Shown here: positions 59,360 to 64,000 of the stretch, in pieces
Position numbering within the stretch: position 1 is the first letter of the stretch
Layout of the letters: each line of letters begins with the position of its first letter
Source of the DNA: an uncultured delta proteobacterium
GTDB lineage: Bacteria > Myxococcota_A > Polyangia > Polyangiales > Polyangiaceae
Direction: 5' to 3'
Length of the DNA: 64,000 nucleotides
NCBI GenBank assembly: GCA_963696385.1
Contig: CAVOKF010000008.1
Location: 544,001 to 608,000, forward strand
Translations under genes and position numbers: made by a program
Notes under the pieces: model-generated
The model's input: only the letters and a program-made list of their open reading frames with translations
Databases searched by the model: none
Told to the model about the DNA's origin: nothing

Positions 59360-61957
59360 ATGGAGGCAACGAGGCGCGGCTCGCACATCTCTTGGACTCG
59401 CACGCTCGGTTCGTGGCTCTTCGCCCTAGCGATCGCCGGTGGCGCGCTCGCCGCCGGCACCGTTCACACCATCACGCTCTGCATTCTGACCGGCGTTCTC
59501 GCGACGTCGGCGCTCCTGGTTTCGTGGACCGCCGAGCCCGGACGGCCGCGACGCGCGGCGACCCTTCTGCTCGTAACTTGCTGCGCGCTGACCGCGTACA
59601 CCGCGATTCAGTGCGTGCCGCTGCCCATCGCCTGGCTCGCAAGAATCGCTCCCCAAAACGCCGACGTCTGGTCGCGATCGCTGTCGCCCCTTCACGAGGT
59701 GGGCCCGAGCTGGGCACCCATTTCGGTCGATCCAACGGCCACTCGGATCGAGGTACTCAAGGGCATTGGCTATTTGCTGGCATTCCTTACGGCGACCGCT
59801 CTGGCCCGATCGCGCGCCGGGGTCGGGTTCCTGAGCCGGATCGTCGTCGTAACTGGGCTGACGCTCGCCATCGCGGCACTGCTCCACCCCGCATTTGGCG
59901 CCCACAGACTCTACGGAATTTGGGAGCCCAGGGCCCACAGTGAACTCTACCTGCGGCACCTGGCACCGCTATTGAATCCCAACAACCTCGCGGGTTACAC
60001 CAATATCGCATTGTGTTTGGCGATGGCGGCCGCGCTGGCGCCGGAGCCCTATTGGCCGCGGCCGCTCCTAGCGGCTGCAGCCATCGTCCTGGCAGGAACG
60101 CAGGTGTGGGTGGCGTCGCGCGGTGGGGTCGCGACGATGATGGTCGGCGCCACGTTGGTCGTCGCGCTTGCGCGCGGCGTCGGCTTGCGGAGCTTGCGGA
60201 AGAGAGCCGGTGTTTCCCTCGTGGCCGCCTTGGTCACAGCAGCGGGTGTCGTCATCGTTGTGCTGGTCGGGTCGGAGCGAGCGAACTCGGAGCTTTTCGA
60301 ACATGATCTTTCAAAGATTCAGCTCGTCGCACAGGCTCTAGGCATGCTGAGAGCGTATGGCCTGTGGGGAACAGGGCGCGGGGCTTTCGAGAGCGCATTT
60401 CCCGCGTTCCACCATCTTGGCGGGCTTTACTCTTGGTACGTCACGTTCACCCATCCCGAGAACGTCCTTGCGCAGTGGCTGGTCGAGTGGGGAGTACCGG
60501 TCGGCGGAGCGGCGCTCGTCGCGGTCGGGATTGCGCTACGGCCGAGCGCCGTGCTGGCTCGATCCACGACGGCCGCCGGGGCCTGGGCCGGGCTTGTGGC
60601 CTTTGGGCTTCAGAACCTGGCCGACCTGGGCACCGAGGTACCGGGCCTCATGCTTGCGCCGCTCGTATGCGCAGCCATCGTGGTGGGCGGCACGGCGGGT
60701 CAGGATCCCGCCTGGGCGGTCGAGCGGTGGGCGCGAACGCCCAGAACCATCGCGGTTGCAGGCGCGCTTGCCACGGTTTGCGCTTTGCTGGCCGTGGCGC
60801 GCGGCCTCGGCCGCGAACTGGACGACGACCGGCTCCGGCTGCGAAACGCGGCGCTTGAACAGCGTCTTGCCACGGGCGAGTTGGACGTGCTTGCGCGCGA
60901 AACGATGCTGCGTCACCCGGCAGAACCGTACTTGCCGTTTGTCGTGGCGGTAGGTCGCGTTTATTACGGACGCCACGGGCGCTCACCGCTTGCCTGGATC
61001 GAGGCGACACTGGAGCGGGCGAGCGTCTATGGGCCGGCGCATCTCGTGCTTGCGCATTGGCTGGCTCCGCGCCGACCGCCGCAAGCGCGTCTTGAGTACC
61101 GACTCGCCGTAGACGAGGCCAATGAACTCGTCTGGAGCGCGACGGGCGAGGGCGCTCCATTGGTGACGAACTACGACGACGCGATGGAGCTGGTCTCGGC
61201 AGCCGTCGCGGTCCAACACCTCGAGCTTCTGCGCGACGCTCTCGACGCGCGATTACCATCCACCGCGCAGCGATTGGACGAGGAGATCGTCCGCCGCGCA
61301 GCCGACGACCCCGGACCGATGGTTCGGTCCGCAAGAGCCGCGGTCGACGACCTTCGAGCGGGCCCGAGCGCGCCGTGGTGCGACGGACCCACTCGGCGGG
61401 GCGAGTGCGAGAGAACGGCGCTTCGCCAAGCCGACCGCGTCGAGCACCTTCAACCGAGTGCGTGCGAACCGCATCTGCTGCGCGCCCGTGCGCTGGTCGA
61501 GACCGGCAAGGGAGATCAGGGGCTCGGCGAGCTGGCAGCCGCGACCGCGTCGATTGCCGAGCGAAAGCCGTGCTTGCAAGCTCTGTTCGAAATGGCCCAA
61601 GAGGCCGGCAACGAACGCGTCGCGGCGCACGCGCTCGAGCGTCTCACCAACCTCGGCTGCGCTGACGATCTGGACTGCGCGGCCAACCTGACGTGGGTGG
61701 CCCAGGCCGAAGAGCACCGGGGCAATACGGGCAAGGCGCTGGCCCTCTACACACGCGCGTACGAGCGAAATCCAGACGGACCGACGGCCGACGGATCGTT
61801 GCAGAACATCGCGCGACTCGCCGCGGCGACCGGACTGCACGCGGTCGCAGCCGAGGACTACGAGAGGCTTGCCCGCAGGCACCCGACCGACGACCAATGG
61901 CGAAAGGCGGCCTCGGAACAGCGAGACCAAGCTATGGGAAAATCAGCGCCCCAATAG
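59360..61957 (+). CDS. O-antigen ligase/Wzy-like membrane protein with C-terminal TPR-like domain
   Basis: Many TMs; NPNNLAG, SRGG, GTGRGAF, HPENVLAQWLVEWG. Start uncertain. Confidence 0.85.
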   Translation: MEATRRGSHISWTRTLGSWLFALAIAGGALAAGTVHTITLCILTGVLATSALLVSWTAEPGRPRRAATLLLVTCCALTAYTAIQCVPLPIAWLARIAPQNADVWSRSLSPLHEVGPSWAPISVDPTATRIEVLKGIGYLLAFLTATALARSRAGVGFLSRIVVVTGLTLAIAALLHPAFGAHRLYGIWEPRAHSELYLRHLAPLLNPNNLAGYTNIALCLAMAAALAPEPYWPRPLLAAAAIVLAGTQVWVASRGGVATMMVGATLVVALARGVGLRSLRKRAGVSLVAALVTAAGVVIVVLVGSERANSELFEHDLSKIQLVAQALGMLRAYGLWGTGRGAFESAFPAFHHLGGLYSWYVTFTHPENVLAQWLVEWGVPVGGAALVAVGIALRPSAVLARSTTAAGAWAGLVAFGLQNLADLGTEVPGLMLAPLVCAAIVVGGTAGQDPAWAVERWARTPRTIAVAGALATVCALLAVARGLGRELDDDRLRLRNAALEQRLATGELDVLARETMLRHPAEPYLPFVVAVGRVYYGRHGRSPLAWIEATLERASVYGPAHLVLAHWLAPRRPPQARLEYRLAVDEANELVWSATGEGAPLVTNYDDAMELVSAAVAVQHLELLRDALDARLPSTAQRLDEEIVRRAADDPGPMVRSARAAVDDLRAGPSAPWCDGPTRRGECERTALRQADRVEHLQPSACEPHLLRARALVETGKGDQGLGELAAATASIAERKPCLQALFEMAQEAGNERVAAHALERLTNLGCADDLDCAANLTWVAQAEEHRGNTGKALALYTRAYERNPDGPTADGSLQNIARLAAATGLHAVAAEDYERLARRHPTDDQWRKAASEQRDQAMGKSAPQ

Positions 61958-61969
61958 AGCCAATTGTCC

Positions 61970-64000
61970 TTAGTTGGGTGGCGCGGCGCTCTGCCCCTCA
62001 ACAACCGGCGGGGCCGAACCCCCGGGGCCCCCTCTCGCATAATAGCCATCGCGCTTGTAATAGAAATAATAATAGTTGTATTCATGATGATTGATGTCAA
62101 CCGCATTGAGGACGGCCCCGACGACAGGTGCCTCGACGTCGCGCAGACTGCGAAGCCCCTGAGCGCTCAAGTATTTGCCCGTCTTGAACGCGCGTATCAC
62201 GAAGACGGCAGCATCGACCAGGGTCGAAATGATCGCCGAGTCAGTAACGGCGATGATGGGTGGACTGTCGATGATGATGCGATCGAAGCGATCCGAGAGG
62301 TCCCGGATGAAATTGCGGAAGCGCTCGGAATGGAGAAGATCGGCCGGATTCGGGGGTAGCGGGCCGGCCGGAATCGACCAAAGGTTGGGGATCGAGGTCG
62401 GCTTGGCGACTTCGTCGAGGGTCGCCTGCCCGACGAGGACGCTGGTGACGCCCGCGTCCCCCACCCGGTCGAAAATTCGATGCAAGCGCGGCCGACGTAA
62501 ATCGCAGTCGACAACGCAAACGCGCTGCCCACCTTGCGCGAACGCGATGGCGATGCTGCAGGCGACGGTCGTCTTACCTTCGGCAGGTGCCGCGCTCGAC
62601 ACGAGAATTTTCTTGAACGGTTTATCCGGATTCATGAACATCAAATTCGTCCGGATGGACCTGGCGGCCTCCGATACTCCGCTGAGCGGGCGGTGATGGA
62701 CGATGAGTTCCGGCGGACCGTTCGCACCCGTGTCGGTCGCTGAGTCGCGCCGGCGGCGCCGACGAGACGACCGACCTGCAACGTCGGCCGCCTGCACCTC
62801 GGGGAGCAAGCCGAGAAAGGTGAGGCCTAGCTTTTTTTCGACATCGTCCGGGGTCTTTATGGTGCTGTCCAACTGCTCTCGCAGCCACGCGACACCGAAC
62901 CCGAGCAAGAAACCCGCGATGAGACCGATGGCTACGTTCAGGGCAACACGAGGCCGGCTTGGCGCCCCCGGCACGACCGCTGACTCGACGACGCGCAGGT
63001 TGTTGGCGCGCATCATTCGAGCCAGATCCGTCTCCTTCATGCGGGAGAGCAGCACCCCAAAGAGCTTCTCGTTCTGCTCGCGCGCCCGGTCGAGACGGTG
63101 GAACTCAATCTCCTTCATGTTGAGATCGACGGCCTTTCGCCTGGCCTCGTTGAACAAAGCCGCCTCGTTCTCTTCCTGTCGCTCCACAACCCCCAAGTCG
63201 CGCGCGACGCCGGCCTTCGTATTTTCGATTTCGGCAAGCAACGCCACCTTGGCCTCTTCCATGCGATCCGTGGCTTCTTTTACGAGCGGATGGCTCTCGC
63301 CCTTACCCTGCGCCAGCAGTGCACCCCGCTGTTCTGCAAGGCTTCGATACTGACCTCGCAGGTTCTGCAGAAAGCCACTCGACAACAGCTCGGACGCCGG
63401 AACGGCATCCGGGTTGTCGCCCGTGACCTTCGCCAGTTCCGAAAGACGTGCTGCGAGCTCCGCCTTGCGGGTGCGCGTGTGGGTCAGTGCGGCGTCGTAG
63501 TCCTGCATCTCTTGACGCAGAAAATTCGAGGCCTCGTTGATCGACAGGCTCGGGAGATTGTTCTTTTCCTTAAACTCATAGAGCGCATTTTCGTCGCGCT
63601 CGAGTTCACCCTTAATGTGGCCAATTTGCCCATCGAGCCACACGACCGCATCGGAACTCGAATTGACCGCAGCCTGAAGGTTTTGATCGATGTACGCGCT
63701 CGCGATCGCGTCGCAAAGTTCCTTTGCGCGCTTCGGGTTTGGGTCGGACACTCGGATAAAGGCCAAGCGACTGTTCTTGACGGGGTCCACCGTCACGCGC
63801 GAACCGAGCAGAGCGGCCGCGGTTTCGATGGACACGGGCTTGGTCACAGGTCCTTTGATACCAAGAAAATCGTAATCCGATTGCAGCGCCAGAGCTTCGA
63901 CCGCAGCCTTCATGACTGGAGTGGACGTGATGATCCGAAACTGGGTCTGGTAATAACCTGTGATGTCTCCAAAAATCGCAGTGCCGAGATCGAGCGTTCC
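61970..64000 (-). CDS. wzc: Polysaccharide co-polymerase/tyrosine autokinase (Wzc family), 5' end outside the window
   Basis: EAARSIRTNL, SSAAPAEGKTT, DCDLRRP, DSPP, C-terminal Tyr cluster EYNYYYFYYKRDGYY; frame open to 64000. Confidence 0.93.
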   Translation of the reverse strand, partial: GTLDLGTAIFGDITGYYQTQFRIITSTPVMKAAVEALALQSDYDFLGIKGPVTKPVSIETAAALLGSRVTVDPVKNSRLAFIRVSDPNPKRAKELCDAIASAYIDQNLQAAVNSSSDAVVWLDGQIGHIKGELERDENALYEFKEKNNLPSLSINEASNFLRQEMQDYDAALTHTRTRKAELAARLSELAKVTGDNPDAVPASELLSSGFLQNLRGQYRSLAEQRGALLAQGKGESHPLVKEATDRMEEAKVALLAEIENTKAGVARDLGVVERQEENEAALFNEARRKAVDLNMKEIEFHRLDRAREQNEKLFGVLLSRMKETDLARMMRANNLRVVESAVVPGAPSRPRVALNVAIGLIAGFLLGFGVAWLREQLDSTIKTPDDVEKKLGLTFLGLLPEVQAADVAGRSSRRRRRRDSATDTGANGPPELIVHHRPLSGVSEAARSIRTNLMFMNPDKPFKKILVSSAAPAEGKTTVACSIAIAFAQGGQRVCVVDCDLRRPRLHRIFDRVGDAGVTSVLVGQATLDEVAKPTSIPNLWSIPAGPLPPNPADLLHSERFRNFIRDLSDRFDRIIIDSPPIIAVTDSAIISTLVDAAVFVIRAFKTGKYLSAQGLRSLRDVEAPVVGAVLNAVDINHHEYNYYYFYYKRDGYYARGGPGGSAPPVVEGQSAAPPN

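Overview
High-GC chromosomal segment. Gene content (sigma-54 activator, membrane Ser/Thr kinase, Uma2 endonucleases, long-type HflX, many lipoprotein/TPR genes) suggests a myxobacterium, probably Polyangiaceae-like; this is inference. Housekeeping genes (surE, apt, hbd/crt, cysC, holB, thiE, hflX, efp, murB, hrpB, start of a Wzc/O-antigen-ligase polysaccharide locus) are mixed with an accessory stretch (~22.5-47.5 kb) holding toxin-antitoxin-type pairs, a Fic gene, a second Hsp70/GrpE/J-domain operon and a ~1960-aa secreted protein. The best candidate for an undescribed system is a four-gene operon (50337-52898) joined by GTGA overlaps, in which a radical SAM/SPASM enzyme follows an 80-aa membrane-anchored protein with an RVRIGSGANCSSIGS motif. 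Other notable points: an orphan PqqA-like precursor missing from the ORF track (24493-24633), a probable ATT start for hflX, a LexA-like box ahead of a wHTH/MutS-like pair, and four apparent single A/T insertions that look like sequencing errors. No rRNA, tRNA or CRISPR array was recognised. All calls come from motif recognition by eye; no searches were run.
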